A stretch of 61,195 bases of DNA, filler included, from Actinomycetota bacterium (GCA_009886115.1; 4 parts of 4 records of this genome joined end to end with filler, not necessarily neighbours in it); one strand, 5' to 3'. Shown: positions 18,178 through 28,025, counted from the whole stretch's first letter. Notes: generated by a model not told the origin, from the letters alone. Numbers and translations are program-made.

Positions 18178-18723
18178 TCAGACGCCGGAACCTGCAGAAC
18201 GCAGTGCTGCCAGCACGTCATCCACCGGGGCATGGTCGGCGGAGTGGGCGTCGACGTGTTCATAGCGCACGACCCCGGGGCCGGGGCCGACCACGAACGT
18301 GCCGCCGAGCTGGCGGACGCGCTTGCCCGATCGATGGATGCGAAACCCTGCTCGCCAGGCTGCCCGGGTGCCGCCCCAGCTCTTGGGCGACATCAGCCCC
18401 CACGGGGTGGCAGTGCGTACCGAGACGGCCGCAGCGGCCCGCCCGTCGTCGTCGACGTAGACGGGGTAGGGGATCGACTCGTCGTCGACGAAGCGGGCGG
18501 CGTAGGCCGAGTCGCCCGTCCCGACGGCAACGACCTCGCCTCCGATGGCTGTGATCTCGGGGTAGGCGTCGCGCAACTGCGCGGCGTGCTCGCGACAGAG
18601 CAGTCAGCCGAAGTGGCGCAGGAACAGCAGCACCACCGGCCGGTCGGCCCACAGCTCGCCCAGGCGGCGGGTCGAGCCGGTCGAGTCGTTCAGCGTGAGT
18701 GCTCCCAGAGCGGCGATGTCCAT
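18178..18723 (-). CDS. AhpC/TSA peroxiredoxin-like (seleno)protein, UxxC motif with in-frame TGA at 18604-18606
   Basis: MDIAALGALTLND...PVVLLFLRHFG-TGA-LLCREHAAQLRD...QLGGTFVV...DH; same frame on both sides of the TGA, which sits where CxxC homologues have Cys. Confidence 0.85.
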
Positions 18724-18791
18724 GGCGTGACGGTAGCGCTCGCCCGCGTTGCGCCCGCTGACTCGCCTGCCGACAAAGGCGTCCTCGGGCG

Positions 18792-19580
18792 TCACCGACC
18801 CGACCAGAGGGGGGCTCGACGCTCGGCGGCGGCCCGACGTCCCTCGGCGGCGTCGTCGGAGGCCCCGGCGACCTTGCGCATCGTCTCGCCGAAGCGCACG
18901 GCCTCCTGGAAGGCCATCTGCTGGGACCGCCAGGCCACCTCCTTCATGGCCCGCTGGGCGATCGGCGCGCCGGCACAGAGGCGATCGGCGAGCGCATGGG
19001 CTTCGCCGAGCAAGGTCTCGTGGGCGACGACGCGCCCGACGAGGCCCATCTCGCGGGCCCGCTCGGCGTCGACCGGATCGCCGAGCAGCAGCAGCTCCAT
19101 GGCGTTCTGCCATCCGATACGGGCGGGGGCCCGAATGGCGCCGACGATCGCCGGGACGCCCAGCTTCACCTCGGGAAAGCCGAACGTGGCCCGATCGCTG
19201 GCGATCACGAAGTCGCAGGCGGCCACGGCGGTCAGCCCGTAGCCGAGGCAGTGGCCGTTGACGGCGGCGATCGTGGGCTTGAAGATCTCCCAGCCGCTCT
19301 CGAAGGAGTTGTGCGTCGGGATCTCCCAGAACGTGCCCGGCCACGTGCCCGCCGAGCCGGCGCCGTCGACGAGATCGGCGCCGGCGCAGAACGCCCGTCC
19401 GGCCCCGGTCACGATGGCGACCCACGCCTCAGGATCGTCCCGGAACCGGCTCCAGGCGGCGTTGAGCGCCTCGCGCATCGGGCCGTCGATCGCGTTCATC
19501 CGTTCGGGTCGGTGATAGGTGATGACCACCACGTGGTCGGTCTGCTCGTACGTGACCGGATCTGCATGGTTCTCACTCAT
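18792..19580 (-). CDS. Enoyl-CoA hydratase/isomerase family
   Basis: RPERMNAID, TGAGRAFCAGADL, KPTIAAVNGHCLGYG, FGFPEVKLG. Confidence 0.92.
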   Translation of the reverse strand: MSENHADPVTYEQTDHVVVITYHRPERMNAIDGPMREALNAAWSRFRDDPEAWVAIVTGAGRAFCAGADLVDGAGSAGTWPGTFWEIPTHNSFESGWEIFKPTIAAVNGHCLGYGLTAVAACDFVIASDRATFGFPEVKLGVPAIVGAIRAPARIGWQNAMELLLLGDPVDAERAREMGLVGRVVAHETLLGEAHALADRLCAGAPIAQRAMKEVAWRSQQMAFQEAVRFGETMRKVAGASDDAAEGRRAAAERRAPLWSGR

Positions 19581-19617
19581 AGACCGGCGACGGTAGCGGC
19601 ACGTAGTGTCCGCCTCC

Positions 19618-19737
19618 ATGGAACGATCCGCCGGCGAGGTCGCCGTGGTCACGGGGGCCCGCCGGGGGATCGGCGCCACCCGGGCTGGCGCCGTGGAGGC
19701 CGTGGAGGCCCGACGACGAACCCCCTCGAGCGTCTGA
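19618..19737 (+). pseudogene. N-terminal remnant of an SDR oxidoreductase
   Basis: MERSAGEVAVVTGARRGIGA then loses similarity; 39 aa. Confidence 0.6.
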
Positions 19738-19778
19738 CCGCGCACGTGGAGCGTCGGCGCCGGAAACCTCGCGACACG

Positions 19779-21140
19779 GTGACGAGCCGTGGCCTCGTTC
19801 GCCGCGTCGGACGCGAGCAGGCCCGTCTCGTCGGCCAACTCGTCCAGTGGATCGTGCTGGGTTCGCTCGTCGGTGTGGTGGCCGGCCTGGCCTCGGCCGG
19901 CTTCCTCGAGTCGCTCGACTGGGCCACCCGGCAACGCATCGAACGTCCGCGCCTGCTCTGGCTGATGCCGCTGGCCGGTTTCGCGATCGGGCTCGTGTAC
20001 CACCACGGTGCCGGTCGGGCGAGTGCGGGTACCGGGCTCGTGATCGAGGAGATCCACGAGCCTCGGGCGTGGATCCCCCGGCGGATGGCCCCGCTCGTGT
20101 ACGGCGGCACGATCGTCACCCATCTTGTCGGCGGCTCGGCCGGGCGGGAGGGGACGGCCATCCAGATGGCGGGGAGCCTCACCGACCTCTGCTCGCGGCT
20201 GCTCCGCTTGGGGCCGGCCTCTCGCCGACTCATGCTGATCGCGGCGATCGCCGGTGGCTTCGGATCGGTCTTCGGGGTCCCGCTCGCCGGCTGCGTGTTC
20301 GCGCTCGAGGTCCAGACGGTCGGTCGGCTGCGCCACGACGCGTTGGTGCCCGCGCTCACGGCGTCGGTCGTGGGGCACCTCGTCGTGCTCGGTCTCGACG
20401 TGCGCCACACGGCGACGCCGGCGATCGCCGACGTCGACCTCGACGCGGCCCTCCTGGCCAAGGTGGCGTTGGCCGGTCTGGTCTTCGGCCTCACGAGCGC
20501 GGTCTTCGTCGAGCTCACCCACGGGCTCCGACGCCTGTTCGCGATGCTGGCGCCATGGGCGCCGCTCCGGCCGGCCCTGGGTGGGGTGCTGCTCGTGGGG
20601 CTCACCGCGGTCGTCGGTACACGCGACTACCTCGGTCTCTCGTTGCCCCTGGCGACGGGGGCCCTGGCCGGTGGGGCGGGCATGGTCGCCGGCGCGTTCG
20701 CTCTCAAGCTCGTCTTCACGTCGCTGACCCTGGGATCGGGCTTCCAGGGCGGCGAGGTGACCCCGCTGTTCGTCATCGGGGCCACCCTCGGCGTGGCCCT
20801 CGGGCGTCTCCTCGACGCTCCCGTCCCGCTCATGGCGGCGCTGGGTTTCGTGGCGGTGTTCGCCGGTGCGGCGAAGACCCCGCTGGCGTGCACGATCATG
20901 GGAGTCGAGCTCTTCGGTTCCGAGCCCGTCGTCCCCCTGGCCGTCGGCTGCGTCGTTGCGTACGTCTTCTCGACCCATCGGGGCATCTACAGCACCCAGC
21001 GGTTCGACGGTGTCGACCGTGTCGACCGTGTCGACCGTGTCGACCGTGTCGCGCTCACCGCCGATCGCGCCGGTCGGGTCCGACGGACGGGTGCTGAGCG
21101 GCGCGAGCCGAGCCCGAGACCGTCGCGGCTCGACGGCTAG
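19779..21140 (+). CDS. CLC family transporter, CLC-F (EriC-F) fluoride/H+ antiporter type
   Basis: GTGLVI, GGSAGREGTAIQM, GGEVTPLF signatures; many TM helices. Confidence 0.85.
   Translation: MTSRGLVRRVGREQARLVGQLVQWIVLGSLVGVVAGLASAGFLESLDWATRQRIERPRLLWLMPLAGFAIGLVYHHGAGRASAGTGLVIEEIHEPRAWIPRRMAPLVYGGTIVTHLVGGSAGREGTAIQMAGSLTDLCSRLLRLGPASRRLMLIAAIAGGFGSVFGVPLAGCVFALEVQTVGRLRHDALVPALTASVVGHLVVLGLDVRHTATPAIADVDLDAALLAKVALAGLVFGLTSAVFVELTHGLRRLFAMLAPWAPLRPALGGVLLVGLTAVVGTRDYLGLSLPLATGALAGGAGMVAGAFALKLVFTSLTLGSGFQGGEVTPLFVIGATLGVALGRLLDAPVPLMAALGFVAVFAGAAKTPLACTIMGVELFGSEPVVPLAVGCVVAYVFSTHRGIYSTQRFDGVDRVDRVDRVDRVALTADRAGRVRRTGAERREPSPRPSRLDG
21010..21051. repeat. 9-bp tandem repeat GTGTCGACC x4.5 in the CLC C-terminal tail (VDR repeats)
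   Basis: Seen directly in the sequence. Confidence 0.85.
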
Positions 21141-21173
21141 CGTCGGGGGGTAGCCCACTGCTGGAGGCGCCCC

Positions 21174-22502
21174 ATGAACACCCCCCAACGTCCGACCATC
21201 GCTCCCGCTCAAGGACGCCTCGGCGTGCTCACGGTCGGCCTCGGCGCCGTCGCCAGCACCCTGATCGCCGGGGTCGAGCTGGCCCGGCGCGGCATGGGCG
21301 AGCCGATCGGCTCCCTCACCCAGATGGGCACCATCAGGCTCGGTCGTCGCACCGACCAGAACGTCCCGCTGATTCGCGACTTCGTTCCTCTCGCGACGCT
21401 CGACGACATCGTGTTCGGCGCCTGGGACCCGTTCCCCGACGATGCCTACGTCGCTGCGCAACGCGCCGGGGTCCTCGAATCGACCAAGCATCTCGAGCCC
21501 ATCGCCGAGTCGCTGCGATCGATCCGGCCCATGGCTGCGGCCTTCGACTCGCGCTATGTGAAGCGCCTCGAGGGCCCCAACGTCAAGTCGCTCGACAAGC
21601 GCGCCATGCTCGAGGGGATCCGTGAGGACATCAACGTCTTCATGGAGAACAACCAGCTCGACCGGGTCGTCATGCTCTGGTGCGGATCGACCGAGATCTA
21701 CCTCGAACGCGGCCCCGCCCACCAGGACCGCGACGCCTTTGAGGCCGCGATCGACGCCAACGACCCGTCCATCGCCCCCTCGATGCTCTACGCCTATGCG
21801 GCCCTGCTCGAAGGCGCCGGCTTCTGCAACGGAGCGCCGAACCTCACCGCCGACATCCCCGTCCTGGAACGCCTGGCCGTCGAGTCGCGCCTGCCCATCT
21901 CGGGCAAGGACTTCAAGACCGGCCAGACGCTGGTGAAGACGGTCCTGGCGCCCATGTTCAAGGCCCGGATGCTCGGCATCGCCGGCTGGTACTCCACGAA
22001 CATCCTGGGCAACCGCGACGGCGAGGTGCTCGACGATCCCGAGAGCTTCAAGACCAAGGAAGAGTCGAAGCTCGGAGTGCTCGAGCACATCCTCGAGCCT
22101 GAGCGCTACCCCAGCCTGTACGGCGACATCTACCACAAGGTCCGCATCAACTACTACCCGCCCCGGGGCGACAACAAGGAAGGCTGGGACAACATCGACC
22201 TGTTCGGCTGGCTCGGCTACCCGATGCAGCTCAAGGTCGACTTCCTCTGTCGTGACTCGATCCTGGCCGCCCCCCTGGCCCTCGACCTCGTGCTGTTCAC
22301 CGACCTGGCCCACCGGGCGGGTCTGGGCGGCATCCAGGAGTGGTTGAGCTTCTACTACAAGTCGCCGCAGGTCGCGGCGGGCCTGTACCCCGAGCACGAC
22401 CTCTTCATCCAGCAGACCAAGCTGAAGAACACGCTGCGCTGGATGATGGGCGAGGACCAGATCACCCACCTCGGCATCGAGTACTACCTCGACGAGGGCT
22501 GA
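21174..22502 (+). CDS. ino1: myo-inositol-1-phosphate synthase
   Basis: GLGAVAST, NGAPN, GKDFKTGQT, NILGNRDG, DNKEGWDNID, CRDSILAAPL. Confidence 0.93.
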   Translation: MNTPQRPTIAPAQGRLGVLTVGLGAVASTLIAGVELARRGMGEPIGSLTQMGTIRLGRRTDQNVPLIRDFVPLATLDDIVFGAWDPFPDDAYVAAQRAGVLESTKHLEPIAESLRSIRPMAAAFDSRYVKRLEGPNVKSLDKRAMLEGIREDINVFMENNQLDRVVMLWCGSTEIYLERGPAHQDRDAFEAAIDANDPSIAPSMLYAYAALLEGAGFCNGAPNLTADIPVLERLAVESRLPISGKDFKTGQTLVKTVLAPMFKARMLGIAGWYSTNILGNRDGEVLDDPESFKTKEESKLGVLEHILEPERYPSLYGDIYHKVRINYYPPRGDNKEGWDNIDLFGWLGYPMQLKVDFLCRDSILAAPLALDLVLFTDLAHRAGLGGIQEWLSFYYKSPQVAAGLYPEHDLFIQQTKLKNTLRWMMGEDQITHLGIEYYLDEG

Positions 22503-23395
22503 TCGGCCCAGGGTCCCCGGCCGAGCGTGGCGAGGCCCCGCCAGCCGATCGCCCCGGCCCCCACGAGTGGCCCGGCAGCTCCCAGTCCAGCTGGGACGAC
22601 CTGCGCCCCGCGCGAGAAGCTGATCCGACAGTGGCGATCGAGCTCGTCCTGCGCGGCCCGGAAGAACACGTCGCCGAAGCCGAGCGCGACCGACCCGGCG
22701 ACCACCGCGAGCGGCAGGTCGAGCAGGTTGGCCACGTTGGCGACGGCCATCCCGACCAGCCGACCCGTCCGCCGCTTCGTGCCGTCGTCGGCCTCGGCCG
22801 CGGGCCGACCCGTGATGGCCTCGATCGACGGGCCCGATGCCTCGGCCTCGAGGCACCCGCGGGCGCCGCAACTGCACGTCCGTCCGTCGGCCACCACGAT
22901 CATGTGGCCGATGTGGCCTGCGTTGCCGGCCTGCCCGTCGAGCAGTCGACCGTCGACGACGATGCCGCCGCCGATGCCCGTCGAGACCACCATCGCGATG
23001 TAGTTCCGCGCCCCGACGGCCGCGCCGCACCATCCTTCGGCGAGCGCCAGTGCCTTGGCGTCGTTGTCGATGAAGCAGGCCAGACCGGTCGAGCCGGCCA
23101 GGCGGTCGCGGAGGGGGAAACCCCGCCAGGCCGGGATGTTCAGGGGCGAGACTTCCTGGCCCCCCATGCTCATCGGGCCGCCGCAGCCCACCCCGCAGAC
23201 CGCGATGGTGGCGTCGGACGGGGTCTGCGAGACGACCCGCTCGACCACCCTCGACAGCGCCCGGAAGAGGTGATCGGGATCGGTGCCGCTCAGTGTGGGC
23301 GCCGTGGCGTCGACGACCAGACGGCCACCGGTGGTCACCAGCCCGGCTGCGATCTTGGTGCCGCCAATGTCGACGGCCAGTGCCAGGTCTTCCAC
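22484..23395 (-). CDS. ROK family sugar kinase
   Basis: AVDIGGTK, DNDAKA, STGIGGG, GHIGH, CSCGARGCLEA; GTG start 23395. Confidence 0.92.
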   Translation of the reverse strand: MEDLALAVDIGGTKIAAGLVTTGGRLVVDATAPTLSGTDPDHLFRALSRVVERVVSQTPSDATIAVCGVGCGGPMSMGGQEVSPLNIPAWRGFPLRDRLAGSTGLACFIDNDAKALALAEGWCGAAVGARNYIAMVVSTGIGGGIVVDGRLLDGQAGNAGHIGHMIVVADGRTCSCGARGCLEAEASGPSIEAITGRPAAEADDGTKRRTGRLVGMAVANVANLLDLPLAVVAGSVALGFGDVFFRAAQDELDRHCRISFSRGAQVVPAGLGAAGPLVGAGAIGWRGLATLGRGPWADQPSSR

Positions 23396-23598
23396 CGACG
23401 CCGATGTTAGGAGCCGTCGTCGGCGAGCAGACCCGGCTCCGGCCAGCGTCGAGGGGCCGACCCACAGGTTTTGCCCCGTTGGGGGCAATTTCCGGCGCTG
23501 AACCGGTATCTGAACGAGCGCATCGGGTTGCCGGGTCTGTACCCTGACTGGCGTTTCGTATCGGCGGCGCTCAAAAAGGCGCGAACCGAATGACGGCC

Positions 23599-25470
23599 AT
23601 GGAGGGCCCCGCCGAGCGGGGGAGCGATGTCGAGATGGTTCCGGAGGTAGCGGCGCAGGATGCACGTGGATCGCATGGCAGGTCTGGGGTGGGGGAACAC
23701 GTGAGCAGGCCGACCGAACTGGGCGGTCCACTCGTCGTCACCGGACCCGTGCGTGGGTTGAGCCCCACCGAAGTGGCCTTGCTCCCGTCTGATCTCGGGG
23801 CTCACGGAATGGCTGTCGTCGTCGTCGAGGGTCCGCCCGCCGAGGCCGACCGATCGACCCGCGTCGTCCTGCTGGCCGGTGGTGATCGTCGCGAGGCTGC
23901 CTGGGTGCGCAACGACCAGATCGATCGCTGGCTCAGCTTCGGAGCGCTCTCGAGCGACGAGCTGGCGCTGCGTATCGGCGCCGTCAAGGGCCTGGGTGCT
24001 TCTGGAGCCGACCGGATCGTCTGGAGCGTCATGCTCGACGAGCCCGAGCCTGACGACGACGAGATCGAGCTCGCTCATCGGGTGTTCGACCGCTGTCGCT
24101 GGCAGCTCGCGCCAGCCTCCAACGTGGTCGCCCTCGCCGGGCACGAGTCCCCGGCTCCCGTGCCCGAGATCATCGCTGCGGCGCGTTCGAGCTTGGCCGA
24201 TGGTGGCTCGGTCAACCTGGCGCCGCTCCCCGAGCTCTACGCGGGCGAGATCCCGGCCGATTGGGCGGCCTGGTTCGCCGGCCCGTTCCCGGCGTCGGCT
24301 TCGAGGGTCGAGGTCACCGTCGAGCGGGTCACGACCACGGTGACCCTCGCACCCAACGGGCTCCTGCACTGTCAATGCTGTGACGGCGTGGTCGAGATCC
24401 ATGAGATCCCCTGGAGCTTCCGAAACGCCGCGACGCCGGACTGGTCCGTCGCGGGTTGGGAACCACCGCCCCGGGTCATCGCCTGGTCGGGTCATGAGGG
24501 CTTCGAGGCCGCGTTGTGCGCCGTGGGGCGCCACACGCTGCTCGGACTGCTCTCGCCCGACGGCCGGGTCGACTGGTACGCCGTTCGCGAGCAGCTCGAC
24601 GATCTCGAGCGAGCGCTCGTGGGTGAGGTCATCGGCGGTTGGCCGCCGTTCGCCGACGTCATCGCCCTGACCCAGCCCGACAAGATCGTGAGCCCCGTCA
24701 TCGCGGGCGCAGTCCGCCTCAGCCAGACCGTCATCCCGCGTCTCTCGTTGCCCGACGGACCAGCGCAGCCCGATGGACGAGGCCGGCTCCTCACCCTCTG
24801 GGGCGAAGGCCGCGCCGTTCGGGTGCCCGAGACCGACTCGACCGCCCTTCCCGAGGTGCTCGCCGAGCGTCTCCGGAGCCTCGTCGACTCCCTCGTGCGG
24901 CCTCCCGACGTGCTCGGGATCGGTCTCGGGGCCCGGGTCGGCGAGCGGTGGCGGGCTGGGGACGGTTCCGAGTTCTCGGTCACGTACGACCTCGCCGCTG
25001 GCGAGCAGGTCGGTGCGGTCGAAGGCCATGACACCGAGACCAGCTCGTCGGGAATGATCCACGACCGGTCCGGCCACATCGTCGAGCACGCGATGCTGTG
25101 CGCCTACTGCATGACCACGACGTGCGAGGCGTGCGCGGGGGCCACGGCGGGCTGCGTTCTGTGCGGCGTACCGATCTGCGGGCGATGCATCCCAAAGCCG
25201 GCGATCTCCTGGCACCTGTGTGCCGCCTGCCGATCGCTGGGGCTCGTCGCCCGGCGCGACGCCAAGAAGCAGGGCTTGGCCACGGCCAAGAAGGAGCTGG
25301 TGCTCGTGGGCGACGATCCGCTGCACCGGATGATCGCCCGCCGCGTCGGCGAGGTCTGGACCCTCGAGGACCGGCCCGAGCAGGGCGAGGGACGGGTCCT
25401 CGAGATCCCCGTCGGCTCCCTGGTCGCCCGCTACCTCGACAACCTCGCCGCGGTGTCGATCCCGTCCTGA
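23599..25470 (+). CDS. Hypothetical protein with Cys-rich putative zinc-finger region
   Basis: About 620-aa ORF with coding-like codon use; HCQCC and CAYC/CEAC/CVLC/CGRC/CAAC cluster. Confidence 0.7.
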   Translation: MEGPAERGSDVEMVPEVAAQDARGSHGRSGVGEHVSRPTELGGPLVVTGPVRGLSPTEVALLPSDLGAHGMAVVVVEGPPAEADRSTRVVLLAGGDRREAAWVRNDQIDRWLSFGALSSDELALRIGAVKGLGASGADRIVWSVMLDEPEPDDDEIELAHRVFDRCRWQLAPASNVVALAGHESPAPVPEIIAAARSSLADGGSVNLAPLPELYAGEIPADWAAWFAGPFPASASRVEVTVERVTTTVTLAPNGLLHCQCCDGVVEIHEIPWSFRNAATPDWSVAGWEPPPRVIAWSGHEGFEAALCAVGRHTLLGLLSPDGRVDWYAVREQLDDLERALVGEVIGGWPPFADVIALTQPDKIVSPVIAGAVRLSQTVIPRLSLPDGPAQPDGRGRLLTLWGEGRAVRVPETDSTALPEVLAERLRSLVDSLVRPPDVLGIGLGARVGERWRAGDGSEFSVTYDLAAGEQVGAVEGHDTETSSSGMIHDRSGHIVEHAMLCAYCMTTTCEACAGATAGCVLCGVPICGRCIPKPAISWHLCAACRSLGLVARRDAKKQGLATAKKELVLVGDDPLHRMIARRVGEVWTLEDRPEQGEGRVLEIPVGSLVARYLDNLAAVSIPS

Positions 25471-25644
25471 AGCGGTTGAGCGGGGGCGGGTCGCCCGCCG
25501 GCGTCGACTGGTGCTCGGTGAGCACGAGTGTCGATCCGAGCCTGCCCAACTACCCGCCCTCGGCCTGGCTCGACGCTCTGGTCCGGGCGGCGCAAGGCTG
25601 ACCCTGACCCGATCGAGCGTGACTTTCGGGGCGTAGGGTGGGTC

Positions 25645-26124
25645 ATGGGGATCGGGAGGGTCGCGGCGGCCATCGCCGTCGTCATCGGGGGTGCGGCCGG
25701 GGTGGCGAGCTGTGGCGACGGCGACATCCCCAGCAGCGGCGTGCGACCCGAGGATCCGACGTTCCTGGCGGTCTATCTCGTCGAGACCGACGCCAGCGCC
25801 ACCGAGGCGTCCGTCCACATCGAGGTCGTGAGCCCGATCGACGATGCGATCGTCGGCGTCACCGTCGATCCCGAGGTCGCCGCCGGCGCCGAGTTGCGCG
25901 GGGCCGGTGTCGATGCCACGGCTGCGTCGCACATCGAGCGGATCGAGCTCCCGGCCGGTTCAGCGACGGTGCTCACCGACGACGGTGACCACGTCAGCCT
26001 CGTGGGGCTGGCCGAGCCGTTGCGCCGCAACGATCTCGTCGACCTCGACCTGACGTTCGAGCACGCGGGCGACCGCCGGCTCCGCGTCGTCGTCCGCGAC
26101 GCCCGAGCGCTCAGCGAGGCGTGA
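25645..26124 (+). CDS. PCu(A)C copper-chaperone-like lipoprotein with degenerate metal motif
   Basis: Signal peptide with lipobox VASC; IELPAG...GDHVSLVGLAEPL..DLVDLDLTFEHAG is typical of the PCuAC fold. Confidence 0.7.
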   Translation: MGIGRVAAAIAVVIGGAAGVASCGDGDIPSSGVRPEDPTFLAVYLVETDASATEASVHIEVVSPIDDAIVGVTVDPEVAAGAELRGAGVDATAASHIERIELPAGSATVLTDDGDHVSLVGLAEPLRRNDLVDLDLTFEHAGDRRLRVVVRDARALSEA

Positions 26125-26204
26125 CGAACGGCCGGCCGCGAGCCGGCCGCGAACCGGCATGGCCGACCCGTGCTGGCACGGTCGCCGCCTCCGAGCCACG
26201 CCCG

Positions 26205-26627
26205 TCAGCGGATGATGACCACCGGGCACGCCGCGTGGGCTGCGCACTGGTGGCTCACCGAGCCCAGCACCAACGAACCGAAGCCTCCGAGGCCCCGTGA
26301 GCCGACCACGAGCAGATCGGCGTCCTTGGAGGCTTCGATCAGGCCGAGGGCTGCGCTGCCGTTGACAACCAGCTTCTTGAGCTCGACCCCGGCCCGCTCG
26401 TCGCCGAGACCGTCGAGCATCGAGCGCATGACCGCTTCGGCACCTTCCTTGAGCTGGTCGACGGCCACCGGCGCCCAGCCGTAGCCCAACCCGTCGCCCA
26501 CGATCGGTATCGACCACGAGTGCACGACGGTGAGGGTCGTGCCTCGGAGCTTGGCCTCCGCGAGCGCCCAACGCAGCGCGGCTGCTGAGGTCTCCGACCC
26601 GTCGACTCCCACCACGATGCCGCCCAT
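26205..26627 (-). CDS. Universal stress protein
   Basis: IVVGVDGSETSAAALRWA...LVVGSRGLGGFGSLVLGSVS...CPVVII. Confidence 0.95.
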   Translation of the reverse strand: MGGIVVGVDGSETSAAALRWALAEAKLRGTTLTVVHSWSIPIVGDGLGYGWAPVAVDQLKEGAEAVMRSMLDGLGDERAGVELKKLVVNGSAALGLIEASKDADLLVVGSRGLGGFGSLVLGSVSHQCAAHAACPVVIIR

Positions 26628-26836
26628 GGATTCCTGCCCTTCGGTGCGCTCGACGATCTGTGCTCCGACCGTACGTCACGCCCCCCACCCTGGCCCAGTG
26701 CCGAAGGGCCCGGGCACCGCGGCGTTGGTCACGCCGCCTCACGCCGCTCACGCCGCGCCGCGTTCCGGCGGGGATGGCGGCGATAGCCTTGCCGACCGGC
26801 CGGGAGTCGATCGGCCTTGAGATCAAGGGAGCCAAC

Positions 26837-27961
26837 GTGGACGTGCGCACGGTCCTCGAGCGCTTGGAAGACGTGGTCGTCGGTGTCGTCGAGCCGGCAG
26901 CATCCACGGTCGATCGTGACGGGGTGTTCCCCCGGTCGGCGATCGACGCGCTGGCGGCGTCGGGGTTGCTGGGGTTGGTCAGCGGCACCGAGGTCGGGGG
27001 CCTCGGGGGTGGCCTGGCCGAGGCCTCGGCGGTCGTCGAACGGCTGGCCCGGGCCTGCGTGTCGACGGCCATGATCGTCGAGATGCACTACTGCGCGACG
27101 GTCGTGATCGAGGCTCACGGGCCCCAGGCGATCCGCCACGACATCGCAGCCGGTCGGCACCTGAGCACGCTGGCGTTCAGTGAGGCTGGATCGCGCAGCC
27201 ACTTCTGGGCGCCGCTGTCGAGCGCCCGCTTCGACGGCGACGACGTCGTGCTCGACGCCGACAAGTCGTGGGTGACCGCTGCAGGCGAGGCCGACTCGTA
27301 CGTGTGGACGAGCAGACCGGCGGCCGCTGACGGCCCGGCGACGCTGTGGCTCGTCCCCGCCGACGCCGATGGTCTGAAGGTCGGAGCCCCGTTCGACGGT
27401 TTGGGTCTGCGGGGCAACGCCTCGTGTGCCGTCACCGGTGCGGGCGTGCGCATCCCCCGGGCCAACATGCTCGGTGCCGACGGCGGTGGGCTCGACATCG
27501 CACTGGGCCAGGCCCTGCCGTTCTTCTCGATCTTGTGCGCGGCGTGCAGCGTCGGCTTGATGGAAACGGCCATCGACCGCGCGGTCAGCCATGCGTGCAG
27601 CACGGTGCATCAGCACCTGCACCAGACACTGGCCGACAACCCGGTCACACGCTCCTCGCTGGCGAAGATGCGCATGACCGCCGACGGGGCCCGGGCCCTG
27701 CTGGCCGACACGTTGGTTGCGGTGAGCTCGGGGCGGCCCGACACGATGTTGCGGGTCCTGGAGGTCAAGGCCGTTGCCGCCGAGGCCTCGGTGGTCGTCA
27801 CCGATCTGGCGATGCGCGTCGGTGGCGGATCGGCCTTCCGGCACGGCAACGCCATCGACCGGGCGTTCCGCGACGCACGGGCCTCGTGCGTGATGGGCCC
27901 CACGACCGAGGCGCTGCACGAGTTCGTGGGCCGGATGGTGTGCGGCATGGACCTGTTCTGA
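26837..27961 (+). CDS. Acyl-CoA dehydrogenase family (FadE16/Rv1679-like)
   Basis: LAFSEAGSRSHFWAP, KSWVT, GLGLRGNAS, RVGGGSAF, RAFRDARA; GTG with SD AAGGGAG. Confidence 0.88.
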   Translation: MDVRTVLERLEDVVVGVVEPAASTVDRDGVFPRSAIDALAASGLLGLVSGTEVGGLGGGLAEASAVVERLARACVSTAMIVEMHYCATVVIEAHGPQAIRHDIAAGRHLSTLAFSEAGSRSHFWAPLSSARFDGDDVVLDADKSWVTAAGEADSYVWTSRPAAADGPATLWLVPADADGLKVGAPFDGLGLRGNASCAVTGAGVRIPRANMLGADGGGLDIALGQALPFFSILCAACSVGLMETAIDRAVSHACSTVHQHLHQTLADNPVTRSSLAKMRMTADGARALLADTLVAVSSGRPDTMLRVLEVKAVAAEASVVVTDLAMRVGGGSAFRHGNAIDRAFRDARASCVMGPTTEALHEFVGRMVCGMDLF

Positions 27962-28025
27962 CACGGTCCGGGATGTCAGCTCCGGCCTGCGGTGGCATCG
28001 CGGCCGCGGTCGAGGACGGGGGCTC

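Noticed and set aside
18792..23465. 1557-aa minus-strand ORF
   Set aside because: Only the last about 262 aa (enoyl-CoA hydratase) are real; the rest is a stop-poor shadow of the CLC, ino1 and ROK genes in high-GC DNA.
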